A DNA stretch of 64,000 nucleotides from Amoebophrya sp. A120 (Eukaryota > Protista > Dinoflagellata), in contig CAJINV010000005.1 of assembly GCA_905178155.1 (NCBI GenBank), forward strand, positions 3,651,253 through 3,715,252. The letters run 5' to 3'. Position 1 is the first letter of the stretch. Each line of letters starts with the position of its first letter. A program made the position numbers and the translations under genes. Below the pieces are notes generated by a model, which saw nothing but the letters and a program-made list of their open reading frames with translations, was not told where the DNA came from and did not search any database. Shown one piece after another: positions 50,359 to 62,000 of this stretch.

Positions 50359-51348
50359 GTTAAAGTTAACTGTGGAGCCGATATTTATTTCTTGCGCTGC
50401 CAGACGCACGGCTCCGGTTTGAGCTGCTAAACAGCTCCTCGGATATTTGCAGCCTATATTCGCATATACAATGTAGTTGAGGGTGCAGCTTGAGATGCGG
50501 GGTGGTACAACGTAGGCACCGAGGCACATTCCGCCGCGGCCATGTGCCGCGTATGAAGATTCAACATACCTTTACAAATGGAACCATCTCACTCCACGCA
50601 GCTACCTTCTGAGGACACGTCGCCCTTGGAGACGCTCCTGGCCCTACATCACTCAATGACACAGCTCGAAAAAACCTTTTCATCATAAGTACTTACATAT
50701 ACCAAACAGTGGTGCGAAAATGTTGGGGGTCCACCTCCTTGGTTTCATCTTCAACTCCCAAATAAAAATATGACACGTGGCTAGAAATAAGAAGCCTGTC
50801 AACTACATCTCTCCTCTCTCATCTCGTGCGATGTTGCGTGCCTAAACTGTTGTTCGTGCTGGCGCTTTCGCGGACAGCCCGTTCTGCGGCTCGTAACTAA
50901 AAACGCTCTCGACCTTGGATAAAACCCAAAGCTGAGTAGACCAAGCTGCAACGCAGCTGCAACGAACTTGCCAATGCAACTGAAGCTGTCTACGACGACG
51001 AACAAGACGAAGACAACACAGGAAAGAACCTATCTCAAACATTCTTGTTTTGCTTTTGAAGTGTGAACGATACCAATCCACCCAGTTCAGCCATATTAAC
51101 TATAACCAAGAACAAATCACATCATCGCTAAATGTAAATTTGCGATCAACAGAGAATAGAAGATCTGTGTACAATTATATCGAACTGTCGCAGGCACCCA
51201 GAACTACTAGCGGTAGCCCCTGTGTTGTCAATGTTGCAGCAGCTTTCAACTGCTATATCCAAAGGCAATTCCTTGCTCGGGTTACAGTCGTTGGGTGTTG
51301 TTTCAAAAAACCGCAATTTTGTCTTTTCCTTGTCATCGCATTTCTTTT

Positions 51349-52419
51349 TTACACCAACACACCACCCCCGCTGCCCTGGTTGTTGCCTTGTGTCGCTTGT
51401 GTGGCCGCAGCCTGCTTGTCGGCCTGGGGATCGACGATGTTGTATCTGATAGAGAAATAAAAAAAATTCCAATCAAGGTCGTGCACAAGAAAACAAGATC
51501 GACCTCGTCAAGTAGAGAGAACCAAAATCAGCACGAGGACTTCGGACTCGGAGGGTTGCGTAATATAATTGCGAGGCCAAGCTGTACATCCTAGTCGTTG
51601 ATGAAGATGTCCTGCTGGCAAGAACAAAATTACGAATACTTCTCCTTGAACAGCTTCCTCGTTTTTCCTTTCTCTTCCAATTTCGCCTTAAACATTTCGA
51701 TCGCCTTCTCAATTTTGCCCTTGTTATCGTCCACCTGTGGTCGCACGTCTTTTACCGTACCTGTTGTTTTCGTTCGATAAAAAAGGTTCTTGGATGTAAC
51801 TTGCATAATTGCAAATAGGAAAGTTATCTTTCTATCTATGATCACACATGGATAAATCGCATGACAAATTCGAGCACCAGCAGGAGCATTTTTGTGATGC
51901 TCATTTGGCTTGGGAGAGCCATTTTGTGTTATTGCGATCAAGCAAAGAAAACAAATCAATACGTTCTGCGAGGATGCCGCCGACCATTCTGCAACATCGC
52001 CTGTCGTCTGGAACGCCCTTCATGGCTACCAAAACCAGCTCGTGTTCTCGTTTCTGATTGTAATTGTGTGTTTATTTTTGTCATGCTAAACTACAGACTG
52101 CGCTGCATCGATGCATTTTCAATCCGCAATAACCATTACATGATCGTGTACGACTGAGTGCAAAGTGAACATGAACAGGATGAGAATTTAACAAGACTAA
52201 TCATGATGTCATACCAAATTCATCTACAGGCGGCCAAACTTAAGAAGTACATCTACATACCTCCTGGTCCAAATCCGCAATCTTCTGAATCATCTGCCCG
52301 ATTTCTGATTCTATTTGCTGGTAGGCCTGCTGCAGCTGCTCCTGTGAGGGGTTCTTGATTTCTTTCGCCTGGCCGCCCGCCATGTAGTCTTCTGCCGTCG
52401 GTACGCCTGCCATCGCCAT
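51349..52419 (-). CDS. PFDN2: Prefoldin subunit 2, 4 exons
   Basis: IQKIADLDQE|KREHELVLVAMKGVPDDRRCCRMVGGILAER|TVKDVRPQV...FKEK|YNI...GGVLV-stop, with GT-AG introns. Confidence 0.92.
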
Positions 52420-53877
52420 TGTCTCGGGCTGAAGTGGATTCTCCTTGCCGGTGACCTGGGAAGATAGCAAAGAGCGATCTTGTTATAGTCGCGAATTAAG
52501 TACCCTCGTTGGGATTTTTTTTACGTCGTGCGCGGCAGGAGTTTTGTCGCCGTTCTGCTTCTTGCGGGGTTTCGGCAGCGTGCTGTATTAGTTCCTCCTG
52601 GTATGGACAAAAACTGAATCCTGGTGCGTCGCGCGGTCGTCTACTATTCTTCGCTACTTACAAGCACACGCTCTTGCCGCGAGCGCGATTTCAACTTGTC
52701 GCCGGTACAGCTAGAGCTTGTGATGGTGACGATCAGGACAATGTTCTTGAGGCTTCTAGGTTCTTGTATCGAAATCCGAAAAACGACGTGGTGCTTGGAA
52801 ACAAGGTGGAGAAACGGAATTGCGGCTCCCTCAAGATCAAGAAGAACAGGTCCACCAAAATAGAACTTTTCGTCTCGATTATTTGACTATGGGTGTCGCA
52901 AGCCAATCGAGGAACCGCAGGAGTGGCGTCGTCTGGAAAGGCGTTCCGCCAGACAAAGAGACGCTCAATACGCTTTTCCTTTTCGTATGTTTTTGTTTAC
53001 TGTTCTTCTTATTGCGCGCCTGCTTATACTATATCTTACGTGGTTACTGGTTGCTTTTTTACACCGGTCCTTCTTCTATTCCAATACGATTCAACGTTCT
53101 TCGCAATCTGTCGCCGTGCCTGTGTGGAGATTGGATGGGAATAAATAGTGAGAAAACACAAGCACACGAGTGCTCAATTAACTTCTACGCTAGAACAATA
53201 TCTTGCGCTTCAACTCTCTTCACCATGCAAGTGCGTTGTGCAACTACTTCGAGCTTGTTCCTACATTTTACGGACAAATTTCCAGATCAAAAAGCGGCCC
53301 GATTTCATTCCAACTTGGTTTATTTCTTGAACTTTTACACAACCAAAATTGATCCTAATTCTTCCGTGATCCAGCCCAATTTTTCTGGCGCCGATTCTTG
53401 CAGAAGAAGTTCGTTTTATGTGCAATTTCAAGGTGAGTGATATTTTGGTGGTGACGGATTTGGATTTATTCTTATCCGCCGGCTAGTTTTCCGAGATAGC
53501 AGTTGAAGTCGAACAACGCAGGCACAATAAAGCAAGGAGCATCGCATCTTCATCAGCTCAGGCGAATAGGTATGCGGAAGTGATAAATAAACTCCCAAAT
53601 GGAGGACGAGGAGGAGAGCATCACGATCGGTCAGCAGGGATTGCGTTCTGTTCTTGGAAATACGAAGATATAGAGGTCGAGCTTGTACTCATATATACGA
53701 CGTCGTGGGAAGAAACCAACGTACTTTGCGCTGGTCAATACTCTTTGTTTTTCACGAAAATTTCTTCAATCAGGATATGCTTGAAGAAGTTTTGGGGGTT
53801 GTTCATCCTCTTCCCGAAGTACAATTGAAGGTCCTCCCCATCTCATGTGTAAACAGAATTCCGCCACGGGCCGCTTC

Positions 53878-56408
53878 TTAAAACTTCTGATGGTCAAACT
53901 GGTCCACCGTGATCTCGCCGTTTTCCTCCTTATACACATACACGACCACCTTTGCGTATTGTGAGGAAAAATCCCCCCTCCCCATATCGAAAAGGTACGT
54001 AATTGGCAATGCTGATTTGCGACCACAAATCATCTCTGTCTTGCAAGAAGGCAACTTCACAGGCTCCGCCGCTTTATGAAGGCGGTTTGTAATGCTGTTG
54101 GGCCTACAGCGCAGACGTTTCTCATGCTAAGAGCCCAGCCCAAAACCTCTCTGCTCAGGCTTGGTATGGGCCTGCAGTCCTCTCCAGCAAGACAAATCTG
54201 ATGTGTGTACGCAAATCCAGCATCACAGACTTCGTTTTGATATGGGGAGGGGGGATTTTTCATTTTGATATTGCGCCCTGCACCGCCATCAGCATGAAGC
54301 TTGGTGTGGACTGTCCCATGGCCGGTAAGGGCGCAGGAGCGGCGGGCACCGCCGGCACAGCAGAACCATCCTCCGGTGGATTCTGTTGCATTACGTCGGC
54401 CGCCACATCGAGATTTGCTATCTGTTCTGTGACCGCATTGACTGCGGGGTCGGTAGCTGCGGGTGGCGGAGGTGGTGGCGGAACACCTTGTTCACCAGGC
54501 GCACTGTCTTCACCTGCAACGACCGGAGCAGCAGCTGCGACCTCGGCAGTCATTTTTTTCATGCCACTCGGCATTACGGCGTCAGCCGGGTCTGCTGCCT
54601 CACCCTCGGCTTTCGGAGCTTTCGTCACTTCAGCTCCTTCCGCGGTAGGTAGTGACGATGTGGTCTCGTCGGATTTACTTTCTGTTCCTTGTTGTTCCGC
54701 CGGGGTGTTCGTTTCAGCTCCCTCCTTGTTCGTTGCAGCGTCAGCTCCTACTTCCGCCTTTGCATCTGCTTCTTCTGCAGCAGTTTCAGCACTTTTGTCC
54801 TCCCCTGACGCAGCTGCTCTTCCGTTTACGACCGTCGCTGCCTCTCCTTCCGGTCCTGCAGCACTGGACTTAGACCCGGTTTTATTCAAGTTCGCCACTG
54901 TTGCTGCACTCTCCGGTGGTCCACCGGCTGCACCCGTCGGACTAGGTTGCTGCACGGCCGTCGCTATCAAATGCAAATATGTCTGGGTCTGGAAGACTGC
55001 GAGATTTGTCATGCTAGTCCGGCATGACTCTGCACTCTGTATTGCGTGGCCACCAAAAGGCCCTCTTGCCTGTCATGCAAAAGCGTAGTTTCTCATGCGA
55101 AATACGCAGCACAGAAGCACGAAAAAACTTGTCATGCTTGGCGCCGCATTACAGAGCACTTATTGTTCACAGACTTGCATCACAAGTTTCCAGACCCAGA
55201 CATATTTGCAATGCATAGTCGCCAGCAAGGCCCGTGCCGCGTTCGCGAAGTCGTTGGCGAAGAGCTGGCTGACGTCGTAGTGCTGCGCCGCCCCGGTCGC
55301 GCTGCCCGTATCAAATGTAAAAATGTCTGGGTCTGGAAGAATGCGCGATTTGTCATGCGGCTTTTCCATGACCTGTGAGGTCTGGAATGCAGGACATAGC
55401 ATGACAGATTCTGTGCGATCTTATCCATGCCTATCCTGCATGAGAAACTGCCTCCCGACTTGGTCAAAACTGGACGACTTTTGGTAATCATGCAACACAG
55501 ATTTTTGCATGCTTCAGATTTAGCATGACAAATTGCATTCTTCCAGACCCAGACATTTTTGCATTTGATAGCCCGGGTTCAGAAACAACTTGTTTTCCAA
55601 GGCGAAGCACCGGGCTTCGTGCGTGTGCCCGGAGATCAGCACGTCGCAACCGAGCTTGCGCTGCCACTGGAGCAACGCGGCGTCGGATTTCCAGGGGAGG
55701 ATTTGGTATCCAAGAAAAAAAATGTTTTAGTGTAACTTTGTGTTGCAGAAAATGCAAAACTGCTACACTTGTCATGCTGGACATGCATCAGAAGCAACTT
55801 TCGTACGTGCTTTCACGTACTAGCTTCGCATGACAGGTTTTCTGTGTTATGCAGAGCAAACTTGTGATGCTATTCCTCCAAGAAACTTACACTCACACAG
55901 TTCTTTTCCTGCGTATTTGGTACCCGGAAATCATGCCCACCTTAAACGCGCCCACCTCGACCACGAGCGACTCGGGGAGTTCGCGGCCCAGGATCGCCTT
56001 GTCATCTGATTCGCCGCGGACGCAGTGGACTTCGTGACCTGCAGGTCGTGGTGGGGAAATTTGCAATGCCAACACCCTTTGCAGCGAAGAAGAAGCTTCG
56101 TTCCTGGTGAAAAAATAAGTCCTGCTTGGCAAGGACCGCTTGCGCTCCGCACAGCATCTAACTGAGCATAAAAACAACACCTGCCTCCGCGCAACATCAG
56201 CTTTTACAAACAAACAACTCTACTTTTTTTTACCTAGCCCCTGCAATCCATCCAACACGGCTTTGCTACCGCAGTTGCCCGTGCACAGCACGATCTTGAT
56301 TTTGTCCGTCTGCAGCAAATCCTTGAAGCATTCGGGAAGGTCGCGGGTTCGCTGCGGTATGTGCTGGTCGCCGATTACAAGCACGAGATCGCCAAACTCG
56401 AGAGACAT
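53878..56408 (-). CDS. VPS29: Retromer subunit Vps29 with a large low-complexity insertion, 6 exons
   Basis: [70 protein letters not shown]. Confidence 0.95.
53957..54270. mobile_element. Introner family 3 in VPS29
   Basis: Family-3 TIR, exact duplication TTGCG. Confidence 0.93.
54965..55217. mobile_element. Introner family 1b in VPS29
   Basis: Family-1 TIR, exact duplication GTCGC. Orientation is opposite to 17525-17777. Confidence 0.93.
55309..55570. mobile_element. Introner family 1a in VPS29
   Basis: Near-perfect TIR, exact duplication GCCCG. It splits the NPGS motif. Confidence 0.95.
55707..55915. mobile_element. Introner (decayed TIR) in VPS29
   Basis: Exact duplication TTTGG. Removal gives GYQILPW. 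Confidence 0.85.
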
Positions 56409-57099
56409 TCTGTTTGTTTCGGAATGGTGCTAACAGGTCTCGGTCCTCTCTTTGATCTGCGTATAAAAATTCGAAAGCGTGATCGTCCAGCAACACGAAG
56501 CAAGATCTAGCGTCGAATGCTTAACTACGGTCGTGCGTACTAACGATCAGTCGGCTATTTAGGGTCGCTTGCCCTTGCTATGTTGTGTATAGTGTCAAGT
56601 TCAAAGTACATTCATCTGCGCACGTGCTGCATGCTGGAGTGCTACGGCAGGCAGACACATTTTTCGATTTCAAAGTCCTACATAGTTTCTTTTTCTAGTT
56701 TATTTGCTTGAACTAGTTATATTGAGCATCGCTGTGGTATGCGGCCTGAGAAACAAAGATACTGTGCATTATCCTTATGTGTTTGCTGTCGAATGTTTTT
56801 TCTCTTTTCTATTTCATGTTCTTCACATAAGAAGGAACAGCTTCTGTATTTTGTGATGAAGCAGGGTAGCTAAAGAAAACACACTGATCGACATGCTTAT
56901 TTTGGTTCAAACATATTAAGCGAAGTACCACGATGGTTGAGAATGTTGACCCATCTATCACTATCGTCATGCAAACCGATCACATCTTCAGAGTTCTCAT
57001 GTCGCCCGCGATTGCACTTACGTCGTTCTGGGGTTCCATTTCGGCTAACACCAATGCAATTTTGTTTCCAAGCACGGCACTGGCCTTGCGCGTGGCAGA

Positions 57100-58690
57100 A
57101 CGCGGGCGATTAAAGTCACAAGCACCAGCTCGCCGGGCTCAAGGAAAAACAACTTCAGAGCATCCTTCCCTGGTCGGTGAGAGGTATCTCCTAGGCAAGG
57201 CACGGACCCTCACCCGGCCGCGCAGGCGCCCACAAAAAATGCCCGGCGGCATCGGGCGCGCGCGGTCGTTCGAACACAACGAACACCGCCGCCAACGATT
57301 CCGGCTTGCCAATCGTAGTGCGCAGGGGGGCGCCAGAGCAGAAAAGAGGGGCCCGGCTTCCCTTCCCCCGAGCTCGCTGCGTCGGCGCGCCGGCAAAGCA
57401 TGCAGGAAAACACGACGGTGAAGACAGAGGGGGCGCAAACGGCAAGCGCCCAAATCAGGCCGCCCCGCGGCCTGCCGTTCAAGCTTAGCTAGCAAGGCGC
57501 GCGGCGCCAGTACGTAGACAAGCACTTTGGCTGTCCAACGATATCACTTTGCCAACCAAGGCCGGCCCCCCCACCCTAGGACGCGCGCCGGCTTGCAGAG
57601 TCGCCGAAGTCGCCGCATGTGCCGGGCCGCCGCCCTCGTCTGTGCACAAAGTGGGTCTCTCCGTAATTTGCGATCACGCAGGCGCGCGGCCCCCAGAAAG
57701 GCCAGCCGTAGCCCCGCGCGCGCGCCGGCAGGGTGGCGGGCAGAAAAAAAAAGGGCGGGCGAGGCACAAGGGGGCGCCCCCTCGCCCGGGCCAATATTTA
57801 CGGCGGCCCAGCATGCGAGCTAGCGCTGGCGTAGCCTTGTGACAATGTGACAAGGCTGGCAGTTCTTTGGGTTCAGGATTTCTATAGGACGCCCAAACTT
57901 TGCTGCTTGCGTTCTTACTTCCTGGCGCAGTCGCAGTTTTGGCAGCCGCAATAGTCTGTCTACCGCTCCGGCTTGTCGCTGTCTTAGGATAGCGCCGAGA
58001 TTTCTTATGCCCGTAAGAATTGCAATGGTTTCTTGTCTAAAGTGCCAAGACAAACCCGGAGCCACTCCTACCAACCGGAAGCGGGCCGAGTTGACTTCCG
58101 CCGCCCTGTCTGGCTCTTAGAAGCAGAAAAGAATGAAACGGGCCCACCGCGGCCCCACGCGCCCGGTCCGCCGGATACGGCGCAAAGACGGGCGGGCAGA
58201 CCCGGCCAGGCTGACTCCTCGGCGCCCCGCGCGCCCGCGGTGCATGGCGGCCCGCCAATGTCTGCCCGGGCCAGCGCGCGCCAGGCAGACTCACGGGCGC
58301 CCATATCTAAGGGCGCGCGCATAGGTGAGGGCGCCTGGCCGCGCCGGCGCGCGTTGTGCGCGCGTCGAGCTTTTCCAACGAGCCCCGCAGCGGCCGGCCC
58401 GTCTTGTGTTTGGGCCCGTCCATCGCCATCGCCTGCGCCTTCCCCCTGGGCGATTTTTCCCCCGTCATCCGCCGCGATCTTGCGCAGGGACTGAAGAAGC
58501 CGAGCGGGTCGGATGTGAGCGAGAGTGGCGCTGTTGAAGACGCTACCACAGACACAACGAGAACAAAACGACACGCGCCGGCGCTCGCGCAGCTGGCGAA
58601 CTATGCCGGAACACTCACAGAAAGATAACTTGCCAAGTGAAAGGCTTGCCGCTTGCGCTCTTTTCCGGCGTCGTGTTCTACGCGTGAAAG
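57100..58690. other. GC-rich non-coding island, probably repeat-derived
   Basis: Abrupt rise in GC and gcgcgc/ggccc content between AT-richer flanks. No credible protein and no termini found. Confidence 0.4.
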
Positions 58691-59069
58691 CGTTTCGTTA
58701 TTTTAGGACATGGCAGAAAAACAAAAAGACACCTCCAAAGGAACCAGGCCGAGATCTAGAAAATTACGAGTACATCTAAGAAGTGAAGTCTTTAAGCTGT
58801 GAGCAGCGTGATACTTTTCATCTCTTTGTAGTTTCTTTCATTAGATTTGCTGGACAAAAAGATTAGAAAACATGCGAAAAAGAGAGTTCTCGCGGTTCAT
58901 GTCGCAGGGCGGGGTTTACTCCAGTACGTACTCACTATGAGAAAATACATCCAAATCGCTAGTATTTTTTGTATGTTGATGTTGAAGATCCACGACGGTG
59001 TGGATGGTGGAGTCGCTAATTGTATGTTCCTTCTTTCATCTTTCACCTTCTCAGCGTCCACAGCACTTC

Positions 59070-62000
59070 CTAAAACGCCGTGACATCGTGGCAGCGGTCG
59101 ATCTGCTCCAGTAATTCCGTGAACTCGTCGAGCAGGTACATTTGCACCCGGGGCAGATGATCGGGAATCACCAACGCGATGACCTCGTGGACGAAGTGGA
59201 TCGTTTCCCGGATGATCAGCGACAAGTTCATCACGAAGAACGATAGCCGCCACATTTGCCCGTGGGACAGGTCCTGCGGGATCCCCTGCTCCCGGTAGTA
59301 CCGCGCGTGCATCTGGTAGGACAGGCGCCACTCCGCGCACAACACGATCAACTCCTGACATATTTGCAAAATGTGCTCAAACCCCTTCTTCACGATGTAC
59401 AAATACACCGTGTCCTCTACCGCGCGGCAGCTGTTGGCGAGCGGGTACAGGGAAGCAGACGCGGCAGGTGGACAGTTGGAGGAACCGGATGTTAAGGAAA
59501 CAACACCATTTGTAACCATCAACTCCGAACCCGTCCTTGTCGGAACGGACGTCGAGGCCGGCCCGCCGGGCGCCGCGGTCGTGCTGGAGCTGCTTCTGTC
59601 CAACTTTTGCAGGAAAAAAATGTTGCTTGTGGACCGTGTGTAGGAGCACGAACTCTCCTGGTCGTCGAGGTCTTCAGCGTCGGCTTTGTCATTTTCCTCG
59701 TGCAGTAGTGGCCGCTGCGCCTCCAAATCGTACTCCAAAGAGAACTTGTCAATGTTGTCGTGTGGCGCTTTGGAAGTACTTCTACCGTTATGGCTCGTCC
59801 TTCTATCCAGCTGGCCATAACTAGCGGTAGAAGTTGCAACTTTGTTCATCTTGTTCAGCAGTGCGTTTCCTTTGGTTTTCCGGTCCGTTTTTCTGCGACG
59901 CGTGCAGCAGAACAAGCTGCGAAGGAATTCTGCCCAAGTAGACGCTCCTGGCGCACCGTTTCCTTCACGATCTTCTTCTTGCCGCTCTTGGTCATATTTG
60001 TCATAACTCTCCTGTGCGGCGTTGCGAACGTTCTTGCAGTTGTGTCCACCTCGATGACCACCCGCGGAAGGACCAGTGGTAGCTTTTGTCGTGGCTGCAC
60101 AACTCTCCTCTGCCTCTACAACTCCCGCGTCGTCCGAGTCCTCCTCCTCAATGTCGTAGTCTTCCACAAACACAGTTGTCTTTTCCGAACCGTTCGTGCT
60201 CACATTCGATGCCTCGTCGTCCTCGAAATCCTTCACCGACCCGTGGTCGTGGTGCTGCACCAGCAAAGATCGCAGCGCCGCGTTGGTCAGTCTCTGCGGC
60301 CCGCTGGGAGGAGGTGGAGGAATTGTTCCTGGTTGATGCACCAGCTGCCCCGCAGGAGCAGCACCACCTGGTGTATTACTATACGACCCGGCGAGATTGG
60401 TGGACATGCCCAAAGGTGGACAAGCACCACCTGGTGGGGGGAGATGAACGCCCATAGAAGTTGTAGGAGGACCTCCTCGCGACGTCGCAGTAGTCGTGGT
60501 TTGCTGAAAATTGTCGAAAGCAGCAGAAGCATGGTTTAGCGTTCCTGTGGTCAACATCGCTGAGTTGCCTGCGCAGCTGTTGGAGCTGCTGTAGTTCATG
60601 TTGGGTAGCTGCCCATGAAGATTCTCCGGCTGCTGTTGTTGAAAATGGTGATCCACCTTCTGCTCGACGTTATTTAGATTCATACCCCCAGAAGTTGTAC
60701 CCCTGCCACCAAACTCACCAAATTTCCGGACTACTTTTGGTTTTTTTCCGAACAGCTCGGAGGCCAAAATCGGATTTTCCCGCTGCTGTTCCAGCGCTGG
60801 GTCGAGCAACAGAGTCAAACACGCCTGCAGCCGCTTGAACAACACTACCAATTCGTAGATCGGCAAATCAATGTACACTGTCGGCGACTCCACGGTCATC
60901 ACTCGGGCAAACAGCGGCCGCAGCCGCTTACTCACACGCATCACACGCTCGGTCGAGGTTCCGGCCATGTCGGCTTCGTCTTGCTGCTGGTCCGGCGTAG
61001 GTTGGTAGTTGTTGTTCATCAAACCGGTAGGTCCCGTTGTTCCTTGCTGCTGTGCAGTCGTTCCTTGCTGTTGCTGTACTCCTCTGTAGCTGCTACTTCC
61101 ATGTTGATGATTCGAACGATTTCCAGCACAAGAGGAAAAAATGCCCGACAAACTCAGTCGGGAGAAGAAATTGAAGGTGGAAATTGTTTGGAAATCTTCG
61201 CTGAGCATCTTGTTTGTCCGAAACAAATCGCGGATTTTGTGCTCCAGTTCTAATTTCTCCTCCTGGTACTTTTCCTCCGCGATTCGCTGCTCCTCTTTCG
61301 ACGCGGCCATTAGTGCGGAGGCAGACGTGCTGGTTGTGTTTCGGCTCGTTCTCGAAGCGGAGGTGGTCACGGTGGCCGAGCTGACGTTGCTGGTCTTCCT
61401 GCTGGTGTTAGTTGTTCGGAGACGACGATGGAGGTGGTGATCATGCTGCTGTGTAGCTTCGTGCTGCGCTGTGCCGACGAGAGAGTCGAAGTTCTCGTCC
61501 ACATTCGGAGCGGACTTAGCGTAGTGGTGGTGGTGGTGAAGCGATCCTGGAGCATTAAAGTGGCGATGATGATCATGCTCGTTTGAAGATATAGCCATTC
61601 CCTGTTTATCCACTTGTCGCCCAGGATACTTCTCCAGGTGCAGCGCGTGCTCGTCGTGCTGTGCGGGCCGTGGTCCCAGTACATTTTTCTTCGAAGTCAC
61701 ACAGACCAAACTGGGCGATCTCGAAGTGTTCTCTTCCGAGGTCGTTGTGTCCACTGGAAAACGTGCCAAGCCCAAATCCGCGAGGTTGTCACTCATACTC
61801 GGCCAGCGAGGTACTAGATTGCCCGAGCCCGGCGGTTTACCTCCGGATAGAGGTCCTGAATTCAACGTTGATGTTGGTGGTGCACCAGGCAACCCGGTTG
61901 GAGCATCAGGCTCCCGCGGTCCTCCCGGAACTACGATAGGAGGCAAGTGCACCCTTGAAGTAGCAGTAGCTTCGTGGGTAGTTGTAGTTTTTCTTGTTGA

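Noticed and set aside
51630-51640. PFDN2 ending at KEKYS-stop
   Set aside because: A GT-AG intron leads to a better last exon ending in GVLV, as in other PFDN2 proteins.
16150-55833. Recurring peptides [21 protein letters not shown] and WGGGIF as a protein domain
   Set aside because: They are translations of the introner TIRs in various frames.
57125-57145. SL relic at ggctcaag
   Set aside because: Only 8 nt match, which is expected by chance.
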